Source: Ignavibacteriota bacterium (GTDB lineage Bacteria > Bacteroidota > Ignavibacteria > UBA10030 > UBA6906). From it: a stretch of DNA of 64,000 nucleotides. Positions within the stretch are counted from its first letter, which is position 1, and every line of letters begins with the position of its first letter. The notes under the pieces were generated by a model, which saw only the letters and a list, made by a program, of their open reading frames with translations, searched no databases and was not told the DNA's origin. A program made the translations under genes and the position numbers. Shown piece after piece: positions 30,510 to 39,911 of this stretch. The stretch is from NCBI GenBank assembly GCA_963801355.1, contig CAWDEM010000008.1, forward strand, positions 1,952,001 to 2,016,000, in the 5' to 3' direction.

Positions 30510-33032
30510 ATGTCGCACCTCCGCTTCTGCTTCCTCGTGTTCTTTCTTCCAGCAACTGTGGCAGGGCAATGGCAGACGATCGGCAATGCGGACCTGTCCG
30601 CTGCTCAGGGACGAAGTGCGGCGACGCTCACAGCGTCCGGTGCCACGCTCGCCATCAACGTCCTTGCCGACGACCTTGTGCGGATTCACCTTACCCCGCC
30701 GGCAGCGCGCGGACAGAAGTCTCCCGCACCGTCACCTTCGTGGGCCGTGGTCAAGACCGATTGGCCTCCGGTGCGCGCAGAAATTGCCGATGCCCCCGAT
30801 GCGCTGACGATTACCACGGCGGCCCTGCAGATCCGCGTCGGGAAGAAGCCTGTCCGCATCGCTTTCTACGATCGATCCGGCACGCTGCTGAATGCCGACC
30901 ACCCGCTGAAAGGTATGGCCTGGATGAGCCGCATGCGGCCCGATTCGCTCCGCGATGCCCCGGGCACCGCCGGGGCGGAGGTGCGCGTCTGGAAATCGAA
31001 CCCGCCCGATGCCCGGTACTTCGGGTTAGGCGAGAAGGCCGGATCATTCGTGCAAGGGGGGAAAAGCCTGACAATGTGGAACGCCGATATACCGGCCTAC
31101 ACTGAAGCTACCGATCCACTGTACCAGACGATCCCCTTCTTCATGGGTATCCGTGCGGGCCGGGCGTACGGGATTTTCTTTGACAACACCTACTGGTCGA
31201 ACTTCGATATGGGGAAGGAATCCCGCGATCAGTACTCGTTCGGCGCAGAAGGAGGAGACCTCGACTACTATTTCTTTGCCGGACCGACCCCCAAGTCGAT
31301 CCTTACACGGTTCACCGAACTCGTCGGACGCATGCCGCTGCCCCCCCTCTGGTCACTCGGATATCAGCAGTGCAGGTGGAGCTATTCACCGGAAAGCCGG
31401 GTGCGCGAGATCGCACGCGGCTTCCGCGAGAACAACATTCCCTGCGACGTCCTATACCTCGATATCGATTACATGGACGGGTTCAGAATATTCACCTGGA
31501 ATCCTTCAGCCTTTCCCGACCCGCGCCGCCTGGTGAGCGATCTCTCCGCGCAGGGATTCCGCGTCGCAGTCATCATGGATCCGGGTATCAAAACAGATTC
31601 GATGTATGCCGCGTACCGATCCGGCCTCGCAGCCGATGCTTTCCTGAAATATCCCGATGGACGTATCTTCATGGGAGACGTCTGGCCGGGCCGCTGCGCG
31701 TTTCCCGATTTTACCTCCGATGCCGCCCGCCGCTGGTGGGGTGACCGGATGTCCGATCTGGTTGACGTCGGAGTGCGCGGATACTGGAACGACATGAACG
31801 AACCGTCGGTCTTCAATACTCCCACAAAAACGGTGGATCTGACGGTGCTCCACAACGACCGCGGACTGTGGACGCGCCATGCCAAGAATCACAACATTTA
31901 CGGCATGCAGATGACGCGCGCGACGTATGAAGGCTTGCTGCGCCACAATCCCTCAGAGCGTCCCTTCGTGCTCACCCGGGCATCCTATGCCGGCGGCTGG
32001 AGATACTCCTCATCATGGACCGGCGACAATGTGGCCTCATGGGAACACCTCCGGATGGCCCTCTCCATGTGCCTGACCCTGTCGTTGTCCGGACAACCAT
32101 TCGTGGGTGCCGATATCGGGGGGTTTATCGGGTATCCTTCCGGCGAACTGTTTGCCCGCTGGCTGCAGCTGGGAGCCTTCACACCACTCATGCGTGCACA
32201 CTCGGTGATCAACGAGAAGAACAAGGAGCCCTGGGAATACGGGCCGCAGTACACGGACATCAACCGGTCGACAATCGCATTGCGCTACCGGTTACTCCCC
32301 TACATCTACAATGTCATGGCCGAGGCTTCCGTAACGGGGATACCGGCAATGCGTGCACTGATGTTGGAGTACCCCGGGGATCCCCGTTTTGCCGAATCCG
32401 CACAGGAGTTTCTCCTCGGCAACGATCTGCTCATCGCGCCTGTCCTCTGGCCGGACGCACGGCAACGCGACGTGTCACTCCCGTCCGGGACGTGGTATGA
32501 TTTCTATTCCGGGGCGGGAATATCCGGCGGGGCAAGTATGCGCGCGGAAGCGCCGCTGGACAGAATCCCCGTCTTCGTCCGCGCAGGAGCCATTGTCCCT
32601 TCCCAGCAGGAGATGCAGTACACTCATCAGTATGCCATTGACCCGCTGACACTGACGGTCTATCCACTCACATCAGACGGGTCGCTTGCGACACAGTATT
32701 ATGAAGATGACGGCACGACGTTCGACTATCTGAAGGGTGTGGTGCTCCGGCGGACCCATACCCAGCAGCGTGCGGGGAACTCGCTTGCGGTGGAAATCAG
32801 CCCTGCGGAAGGAAGCTTCCGGCCGGCCCCAAGAGGATTGCTCATCAAGTTTGTGGACATAGCCAGGGAGCCGCTCGCGGTAATGGCGAACGGCACTCCT
32901 CTCTCAAAGAGCGATAGCCTGACGGGGACAGTCCGGTCCAATACCTGGACCTACGACGCGACAACACGAACGGTTAGTGCCCGATCACAAGACAGTTGGA
33001 CAGGTCAACGATTCGAGCTACGGTATGAATGA
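30510..33032 (+). CDS. GH31 alpha-glucosidase, exported
   Basis: Signal peptide from ATG 30510; YLDIDY, WNDMNEP nucleophile, WTGDN acid/base, GADIGGF. Confidence 0.92.
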   Translation: MSHLRFCFLVFFLPATVAGQWQTIGNADLSAAQGRSAATLTASGATLAINVLADDLVRIHLTPPAARGQKSPAPSPSWAVVKTDWPPVRAEIADAPDALTITTAALQIRVGKKPVRIAFYDRSGTLLNADHPLKGMAWMSRMRPDSLRDAPGTAGAEVRVWKSNPPDARYFGLGEKAGSFVQGGKSLTMWNADIPAYTEATDPLYQTIPFFMGIRAGRAYGIFFDNTYWSNFDMGKESRDQYSFGAEGGDLDYYFFAGPTPKSILTRFTELVGRMPLPPLWSLGYQQCRWSYSPESRVREIARGFRENNIPCDVLYLDIDYMDGFRIFTWNPSAFPDPRRLVSDLSAQGFRVAVIMDPGIKTDSMYAAYRSGLAADAFLKYPDGRIFMGDVWPGRCAFPDFTSDAARRWWGDRMSDLVDVGVRGYWNDMNEPSVFNTPTKTVDLTVLHNDRGLWTRHAKNHNIYGMQMTRATYEGLLRHNPSERPFVLTRASYAGGWRYSSSWTGDNVASWEHLRMALSMCLTLSLSGQPFVGADIGGFIGYPSGELFARWLQLGAFTPLMRAHSVINEKNKEPWEYGPQYTDINRSTIALRYRLLPYIYNVMAEASVTGIPAMRALMLEYPGDPRFAESAQEFLLGNDLLIAPVLWPDARQRDVSLPSGTWYDFYSGAGISGGASMRAEAPLDRIPVFVRAGAIVPSQQEMQYTHQYAIDPLTLTVYPLTSDGSLATQYYEDDGTTFDYLKGVVLRRTHTQQRAGNSLAVEISPAEGSFRPAPRGLLIKFVDIAREPLAVMANGTPLSKSDSLTGTVRSNTWTYDATTRTVSARSQDSWTGQRFELRYE

Positions 33033-33747
33033 AGCCGACAAAAAGCATGCGCAGGCGCTGGTCAACCGCCTCCTGCACGAAGCAGGCGACAAAGGGACCG
33101 CGGGGGAATACAAACTCGCTCTCACAGCTGTGAGGAAGGCAAAGGCCCTTGACCTGACGAATGTCTACACACTCGCGCTGGAACGCCAGCTCGAGCAGAT
33201 GGAGGAACTGGCGGTGACGGGCTTGTTGACGGACGCGCAGAAAGCTGACATTCTGGAATCGCTGCCGCGTCTCATGCGACAGGCAGCAGCAGCGGGGACA
33301 GCCCTGTCGGTCCCCGGTGAGCTGGACGGAACACGCGTGGAGACCCCGGAGGAACGTGAGGTACGTATCGCCGCCGGACGCTGGTTGAAGAACCAGTATT
33401 TTCAGCGGGCGCATGATTTCGTCACGAAGGCGGAGTATGACCACGCCATTCTTGAGCTAAGGAAGATATTCAGCATCGACGACAAGGATCAGGTTGCGCG
33501 GGAATTCGAATCGAAGATATTACAGATGCTGGAGCTGAAGCGGCGGCAACCTCCGGTGACCCGTCCGGAGACGTTGCAGCAGAAGCCTGAGCCCCCATCG
33601 GCGGCGCCCGAGCCTGTTCCGGCGGAAGAAGCTCCGGCAAAAGAGGTTCCGCTCACCGTGACCAAGAGCAACAAGGCAATCTGGATCACCGTTATTGTCA
33701 TACTCATCCTCGCTGCTCTGGCCGCCCTGTACTTCTTGAACCGATAG
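33025..33747 (+). CDS. TPR-like helical-repeat protein with C-terminal TM anchor
   Basis: Two helical hairpin repeats, Pro-rich linker, hydrophobic tail; homologous to the N-terminus of 35141..36538. Confidence 0.7.
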   Translation: MNEADKKHAQALVNRLLHEAGDKGTAGEYKLALTAVRKAKALDLTNVYTLALERQLEQMEELAVTGLLTDAQKADILESLPRLMRQAAAAGTALSVPGELDGTRVETPEEREVRIAAGRWLKNQYFQRAHDFVTKAEYDHAILELRKIFSIDDKDQVAREFESKILQMLELKRRQPPVTRPETLQQKPEPPSAAPEPVPAEEAPAKEVPLTVTKSNKAIWITVIVILILAALAALYFLNR

Positions 33748-33981
33748 CATTCGACACCTGCACGCCTGAGATCCGTCATGATGTGCCGGAGGCCGCCGAG
33801 GATGCAGTGTCCGCATACCAATTTGTAGATTTCACCGATGCCGGGCGGCTGATTGCCCGGCCGCCCGTCACCCCATTCACCACTCACCCTTCAGAACCCT
33901 CATAACTGCCGCTAAGTCTCTAACAGCACGACACTTCGGATCAAACCACAAATTCATCATCTCCGGCTTGCAGCCTCCTTG

Positions 33982-33996
33982 TGGCATGCCCTTTGC
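33982..33996 (+). promoter_or_regulatory. Putative sigma54 (-24/-12) promoter
   Basis: TGGCAT-GCCCT-TTGC (GG-N10-GC), ending 24 nt before ATG 34020. Confidence 0.55.
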
Positions 33997-34019
33997 GACG
34001 CTGTGGCGTGGAGCAAACA

Positions 34020-35144
34020 ATGGTGGGAACAAACACAAATAGCATGGCGTTGCTGAAGGTTGCGGACAAGCTCGTGCGCAACGGGGATCTCAAAGGCGCA
34101 CTGGACGCAATACTGAAAGCACGCCAGCTGGATGCAACCAACCGGTACGCCGAAGCCTACGAGGATCGGGTCCGGGCTCTCCTGCAAAAGTCTGCCCTTA
34201 CCGAAGAGAGGGTCCCCGATGCAGGAACAGAGGAGGACACGGCCCCTGCTCCGACAACAGCCGCCCCGAGTTCGCGGCTCGCGGAAATCGTTGAATTGCT
34301 GGACCATGCCAATGCGTCCATCGCGCGCAACGAATTCCACGAGGCGCTGGACTACATCGGAAAAGCACGACAGCTTGATCCGGAGAACGAGGATATCGGC
34401 GTGTTGGAGGAACAGGTGCGTGGAGCGTGTGACAGCGCCTCGTCCAATTCAACAGAGCCCTTCGTGGACTTTGAGGTTGTCCGTTCTACACTCGAGGCGT
34501 ATATCTCCGAAGCAATGGAGCTCGCCGCCAAGGAGGATTTCGACGAAGCCCTGCATTTGATAACAAAGGGCTTCCTGCTTGACCCAGCGAACCAGGACCT
34601 GCGCGCGGCAGAACGGCACATCACGGCAGCACGTGAGTTGCAGGAGAAGCGCCGTCAGACCGAGGCCATCGCCGCCGAACACTACCGCCAGCTGGTTGAG
34701 ACGGACCGTGTACGTCACGAAGATCTTGGCCGGCATATCACGTGCGCCAGGAAGTTATTGGGCAGCAGGTCGCTCGATGATGCACTCACAGAGGTGGCTC
34801 TGGGATACATCATTGAGCCCCAGAACGAAGATCTCAAACAGATCGAGCAGGAAATCTGGCAAGAAAAGCGGGTCGCAAAACCCGTCGTCGAGACCACGCA
34901 AAAGAACGCCGGAGTATCTCGACTGATCCACCTGTACATTCTGGCTGCGGAGGAGTTTGCGAAGAACGGTGACTTTGTGAAGTCGCTGGACGGACTTGCC
35001 AGAGCGTTTGTTATTGATCCGGCCAACATCGAAATCAAACGAGCAGAGGTGCGGATCCGTCAGGCGGAACTCCGTTACCACCAGGCCTCCGGCTCTCCTC
35101 TGAAACTGGTGTATCATCATGATCGTGCGGTGAACGAAGAATGA
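34020..35144 (+). CDS. Soluble TPR-like repeat protein (about 5 dispersed repeats)
   Basis: Repeats ending QLDATN, QLDPEN, LLDPAN, IIEPQN, VIDPAN. Confidence 0.7.
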   Translation: MVGTNTNSMALLKVADKLVRNGDLKGALDAILKARQLDATNRYAEAYEDRVRALLQKSALTEERVPDAGTEEDTAPAPTTAAPSSRLAEIVELLDHANASIARNEFHEALDYIGKARQLDPENEDIGVLEEQVRGACDSASSNSTEPFVDFEVVRSTLEAYISEAMELAAKEDFDEALHLITKGFLLDPANQDLRAAERHITAARELQEKRRQTEAIAAEHYRQLVETDRVRHEDLGRHITCARKLLGSRSLDDALTEVALGYIIEPQNEDLKQIEQEIWQEKRVAKPVVETTQKNAGVSRLIHLYILAAEEFAKNGDFVKSLDGLARAFVIDPANIEIKRAEVRIRQAELRYHQASGSPLKLVYHHDRAVNEE

Positions 35145-36538
35145 CACTCATCGATACATCACCCGGCGGGCCGGTTACGGCCGAACAGATCTACGAAATC
35201 AAAACGATGGCGGAGTCCGGTCAGTTTGCTGATGCTCTTATTCGCCTTCGGAAGTTAAAGCCGCTGCATCCCCGGAATACATTCCTGGTGGCCCTGGAAA
35301 AGCAACTTGAACGCCTCCTCGTGCTTCCCCGCGATTCTGAACCGTCTGAACCGCAGAGAATGGAACTCATGAATTCGATGCCGGGGCTGGTGAAGGGAGC
35401 TGTCGACTCACTTCGTCAGCAATCACCGGCACGCCCCCCCGTAGAACAGGACGCACCGGCATCAGCAAAAACCGAACGCCCGGACCGCGATGCGGCACGA
35501 AACCAGCTGAAGGAACAGTACTTCCAGCATGCCGACGAATACCTCAAGAAGGGTGCCTACGGAAGCGCTCTCGTGGAAATCCGGCGCGTGAAGATCATCG
35601 CCCCCGACGATCCGACCGTCGCGGAATACGAGCGGACGATACGTCAACTCGTGGAATTGCAGCAGCGCATTGGAATCAGAACGCAGGAATCAATTCAGGC
35701 TCCTTCCCCGGAACAGGCGTTCCCGAACACCACGGTCGAGGCCTCCCCCACTCCGACCCCACAGGTGCGTGAGTATGATTCGGTGGCGCCACCCCCGCCG
35801 GAAGTTGAGGCTGCAACCGGAGAGCTGCGCGACATTCAGTCGCCGGGGAAATCACGGGTTGGATTCATTGTCGCGGCGGTTTTTCTGATCCTCCTCCTCA
35901 GTATCACGGCTATCGCCCTGTTCAGCAGCCCTGATGATTCAGCAGAGCCCGCGGACAAAGCGGTGGCAGCTGTTCCCGCCGGTACCGGAAGCACAGCGGC
36001 GCGGATCCAGCCAGCCCAAGACATGCCGGCGGCCACCGTGAAACCTGCTGTGACGACTCCAGCCCAGCAGAAGAAAGAGATTGTGGCAAGTCCCGCACAG
36101 GAAAAGCTCCCCGGCGCAGTGACCCCGGTCCAGGAGAAGAAGGCAGCTCCGGCAGGTCCCGTGGAGAAAAAGCCTCCTGTCGCGGTGACTCCGACTCCAC
36201 AAAAGAACGTGACTCCGGCTATTCCCGCCCAGGAGAAACCTCTTATCGCCGCACGTCCGGCAGCCCCTGCCTTTACTGACAGCGACCCGCAAATCCTGCA
36301 CCTCGAGCAACCGGTATTCCCTCCGGAGCTCATGGCATTGAAGGCGGGTGGAGAAGTCGTTATCATGGTCCAGATTGACCCTACAGGCAAGCCACTGCAG
36401 GCAATGGTGGCAAAGACCACCAACATGGCGTACAACGATTCGATCACAAAAGCGGTGATGAATTCCACATACCGCCCCGGGACCACCCCGGACGGGCCGA
36501 CAACAAAGTGGATCACGATCCCATTCAAGATCAAATGA
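35141..36538 (+). CDS. TonB-family energy transducer with cytoplasmic helical-repeat N-terminal extension
   Basis: Repeats, single TM, Pro/Ala-rich linker, TonB_C-like end (PVFPP...GEVVIMVQIDPTGK...YRPG...ITIPFKIK). Confidence 0.75.
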   Translation: MTLIDTSPGGPVTAEQIYEIKTMAESGQFADALIRLRKLKPLHPRNTFLVALEKQLERLLVLPRDSEPSEPQRMELMNSMPGLVKGAVDSLRQQSPARPPVEQDAPASAKTERPDRDAARNQLKEQYFQHADEYLKKGAYGSALVEIRRVKIIAPDDPTVAEYERTIRQLVELQQRIGIRTQESIQAPSPEQAFPNTTVEASPTPTPQVREYDSVAPPPPEVEAATGELRDIQSPGKSRVGFIVAAVFLILLLSITAIALFSSPDDSAEPADKAVAAVPAGTGSTAARIQPAQDMPAATVKPAVTTPAQQKKEIVASPAQEKLPGAVTPVQEKKAAPAGPVEKKPPVAVTPTPQKNVTPAIPAQEKPLIAARPAAPAFTDSDPQILHLEQPVFPPELMALKAGGEVVIMVQIDPTGKPLQAMVAKTTNMAYNDSITKAVMNSTYRPGTTPDGPTTKWITIPFKIK

Positions 36539-36560
36539 CCGGGCATCGGGCCTAAAACGA

Positions 36561-36593
36561 GTGAGACTCGTCTGAACGTCAGACGAGTCTCAC
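36561..36593. terminator. Hairpin between convergent genes
   Basis: GTGAGACTCGTCTGA-ACG-TCAGACGAGTCTCAC, perfect 15-bp stem. Confidence 0.75.
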
Positions 36594-36615
36594 AACAGGA
36601 CGGGCGGCAGCCTCA

Positions 36616-38103
36616 CTACCAGGAATACCGGACAGTATACTTCACCACAGTTTCTTCGTCCTTCTTGATTTTCACCGGAAAACGCAGCGTCGACTGATCC
36701 ACCTTTTCCCAGGTGGTACTCGCGTTCACGATTTCCCACTGGCTCCAGCGCCAGGGGTGTTCGTACACCATCACTTCCACCTGCGTTGACTTGTGGTTTC
36801 GCACCTTGACTTCGATGCTTTCTTCCACAACATGCCCGTTGGAGTAGGACTTGAAATCCTTCTGCGCGCGCTCACCGACGATATCGAAGGCGTTGCCCAG
36901 ATAGAGCCGGAGCTCTTCATCTTTGGGCGTGTGGTCAATCTGGTCTTCCCCGATGAACTGCTCCTTGCTGTCCTCATCACGCTTGTATACTCGCACTTTT
37001 CCTTTCGGCAGCGGTATACCGAGGCCGGACTTGTCATCGTTTTTGAATGCAACGTACACACCCACCTTGGGGTTGGATTGCTGGCCGAAACTCCCCTGAG
37101 AACGATACGAGTAGTTGTTGTACCAGTAGCGCCACTGGTTCGCGAGACCGTCGTAGATGAACATTTTCTTCGCGGCGACGTTGTGGCCTGACGTAAGCTC
37201 AATTTGCTTCGTTTCATTGTTGTCGACGCTCGTCCGTCGCTGCAACGTGTAGAGCTTGTACTCAAAGAGCTCGCTCTGTTTGAACTGCGGAGCCGCGGCT
37301 TCGTCGACAGCCATGGCCTTCGACATCCGCATTGCACCCCCGAACTCTTCCTGCACGACATTGACGTCTCCCGCGACGAGTTTCAGCCCCGCATTGGAGA
37401 AGTCTGTCCCGGACGAATTCGTTATCGTCACCCACCCGGTCAGATCGAGTCTGGCATCATCGCTGGACAGTAATGCCACGTAGTTCGCCGACCAATTGAG
37501 GCCGCCCGCCAGGTAGCTGATTTCGGCCTTGTGGGTCCCCTCCTTGGTATTAGAAACGAGCCATTCGAGCTGGGGCTTGAGTATCAGGCCGTCCGGAAGG
37601 CTTGGGAGGACCAATCGTCCTGCCGGACTTATTTCGATTTTCCCGTTGATATCCGCTACCATTCCGCCGATCATGGTCTGGCCCGTGTACCCGGTTGCCA
37701 GCAGTTTCCCGCTCACCGTGTATTCCTTTTTGGTTTCGGGATCCACGCGGATGAATTCGACGGTCTTCCCAATGTATCGCTCCAGAAGTTTGGACGGGTG
37801 AACAAGGTCGTACTGGTAGCTCTGTTCGAGCACCTTAACGGCAGACGGTTCCGTGAGACTGAGGAAATGCAGGGATGTGCCGTCGATCGTGGCCGGGATG
37901 TCCGGCAGAATCGCCCGGCTCATCCCGCGGGGCAGATTCAATGACCGTTCCTCCCGGATCAACGAGAGGTTCTGATTGTAGATTGTCAGATCTACCGTTG
38001 CGCGTTCGCCGGCGATGTTGGTTTTCATCGTCTGCGCCACGGTGGCAGTGAGATTTGCGAGCATGAAAGCCGCGAGCAGTACTGCTGCCGGGAAGTGTCT
38101 CAT
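36616..38103 (-). CDS. DUF4139-domain exported protein
   Basis: ATG 38103, signal peptide; LTIYNQNL, SYLAGGLNWSANY, LKLVAGDV, LPKGKVRVY, FIGEDQIDHTP. Confidence 0.85.
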   Translation of the reverse strand: MRHFPAAVLLAAFMLANLTATVAQTMKTNIAGERATVDLTIYNQNLSLIREERSLNLPRGMSRAILPDIPATIDGTSLHFLSLTEPSAVKVLEQSYQYDLVHPSKLLERYIGKTVEFIRVDPETKKEYTVSGKLLATGYTGQTMIGGMVADINGKIEISPAGRLVLPSLPDGLILKPQLEWLVSNTKEGTHKAEISYLAGGLNWSANYVALLSSDDARLDLTGWVTITNSSGTDFSNAGLKLVAGDVNVVQEEFGGAMRMSKAMAVDEAAAPQFKQSELFEYKLYTLQRRTSVDNNETKQIELTSGHNVAAKKMFIYDGLANQWRYWYNNYSYRSQGSFGQQSNPKVGVYVAFKNDDKSGLGIPLPKGKVRVYKRDEDSKEQFIGEDQIDHTPKDEELRLYLGNAFDIVGERAQKDFKSYSNGHVVEESIEVKVRNHKSTQVEVMVYEHPWRWSQWEIVNASTTWEKVDQSTLRFPVKIKKDEETVVKYTVRYSW

Positions 38104-38197
38104 TGTTCCTCTCCGTAATGTTGAAAGATGAGTCTGTTTGTCGTACTTTATGCCATTCACCTTCTGCCTGTTCATGTCATTAATAAGTGAAAGGTAA

Positions 38198-38782
38198 ATG
38201 AAATCTCCGCTGCTTTTTTTCGATAGCGATGCCCGGATTCTGGATGGCATCCGGCAGGGAGATGAATCGGCGCTTGTGACGCTGTATGAAGCCCACCGGC
38301 GGCCAATTACGGCACATGTGATGCGCAATAACGGCACCCAGGATGATGCGAATGATGTCTTTCAGGAAGCCCTGGTCATTCTCTGGGAGCGCGTACGAGC
38401 CGGCAACTATCAGCACACTGCAGCCCTGGGGACATTCCTGTATGCCACAGCACGGAACCTCTGGCTCCGCCGCCTTGCCGTCGCATGGCGCGAAAGGCCG
38501 CTGGATCCAGACAGCGATGGCACCTCCAGCGATGATCCTTCACCCCTGGAAGATCTCGTCGCACACGAGACCACCACCGCCGTGCGGGACGCCCTGGACC
38601 GGCTGGGTGAACCGTGCCGCTCCCTTCTCGTGCTCTTCTATTGGGAGGAGGCGTCGATGGAGGAAATCGCCCGGCAACTGGGCCTGGCCAATGCGGCCAC
38701 AGCGAAATCAAAGAAGTATCAATGCAAAGAGCAACTCAAACGTTTGATGGAAGGAACCACCCACGGCCATGAACGGGGCTGA
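38198..38782 (+). CDS. ECF sigma factor
   Basis: Region 2 DANDVFQEAL...TFLYATARNLW; region 4 LGEPCRSLL...SMEEIARQLG. Confidence 0.9.
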   Translation: MKSPLLFFDSDARILDGIRQGDESALVTLYEAHRRPITAHVMRNNGTQDDANDVFQEALVILWERVRAGNYQHTAALGTFLYATARNLWLRRLAVAWRERPLDPDSDGTSSDDPSPLEDLVAHETTTAVRDALDRLGEPCRSLLVLFYWEEASMEEIARQLGLANAATAKSKKYQCKEQLKRLMEGTTHGHERG

Positions 38783-39806
38783 GAACAATCATCTCCTGCC
38801 GGAGACTATCGAAGATGCCGCCCTGGGGCGTCTGACACCCGACGAGCGTTCGAGAGTCGAATCCCACGTGCGCGACTGCGCCCTCTGTAGGGAGGCAATG
38901 GAACAGGAACGACTCATCGCCGCCGGAACAAAGGCATGGGGCCGCGCGGCTATGAAACAGAAGTTGGCGGGCCGGATTGCGGCCGCATCACAACAACGCA
39001 CACCCTGGCCTCACATCCTCTCGGCAGCCGCACTTCTGATTGTTATCATCGGTGTCGGCGTGCTCTTCCGATGGCGCTCCACCAACCGGGAACCGGAAGT
39101 GTCCTATTCCGATTCGGTCCTTTCGGGCGAATCGACAAAGAACGCCCCAACGGCTCCGGCCCCCTCTATCGCATCCGAGGAATCCTTCCGGGACCAGCTG
39201 CGTGAAAAGGACTCCCCTGCCGACCATGAAATCAGCCGACAGGACAAGAAAGGTGCACCCCGGACCGGGGCTCAGATGCCAGCGACCCGCACGGAAGCGG
39301 CGGCTGCCGAGGAACTGAAGAAACCGGCACAGGAACTGCCTGGTCCGGAGCAGCCTGTGTTGATGAAGTCAGTCACGGCTGACGAAGCCGTGAAGTCACC
39401 GGACATGGACGTCTGGGTGGAAGGCATGCAGTGGAGCACTCCCTACACCGGCGGCATGCAGACCCAGCCGGCCGGCGCTTCGAACCAGGGGGTGTCGGCG
39501 AACAGGCTCGAAGCACGCAGCAAAGCCCTCAAAAACGAAATGGCGCCGACTCCTGTTTTTGTCATTAACCAGCGTCCGCGAGGAGAGTTGCACGAGACTC
39601 GAGGGGGCGGCAAAGCAATAAAGACCACTCCTGCACATGTCGTGCGGGCGGGAGACACTCTGTACGTGACACTGTACCTGGATACGCTGTTGACTCCGCA
39701 GCAGCTGCGGTCGACCTTCGGACAGCAGGCGACGCCGGATTCATTTCACATCATGCTCCCCGACAGAATTCTCGGGTACAGAATCCCGGGGGGTCTTGCG
39801 CATTAG
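38769..39806 (+). CDS. Zinc-finger (HxxxCxxC) transmembrane anti-sigma factor
   Basis: HVRDCALC, single TM, periplasmic low-complexity region; overlaps the sigma gene end. Confidence 0.85.
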   Translation: MNGAENNHLLPETIEDAALGRLTPDERSRVESHVRDCALCREAMEQERLIAAGTKAWGRAAMKQKLAGRIAAASQQRTPWPHILSAAALLIVIIGVGVLFRWRSTNREPEVSYSDSVLSGESTKNAPTAPAPSIASEESFRDQLREKDSPADHEISRQDKKGAPRTGAQMPATRTEAAAAEELKKPAQELPGPEQPVLMKSVTADEAVKSPDMDVWVEGMQWSTPYTGGMQTQPAGASNQGVSANRLEARSKALKNEMAPTPVFVINQRPRGELHETRGGGKAIKTTPAHVVRAGDTLYVTLYLDTLLTPQQLRSTFGQQATPDSFHIMLPDRILGYRIPGGLAH

Positions 39807-39911
39807 TGCTACGGCGTAAGACCTGTGACAACCGATGGAGTGTTCTGACCGCAACACTCTTCTGCACCTTCTGAGCTTGACATCACATCTCTCTACTGCA
39901 CCCACTCACTT

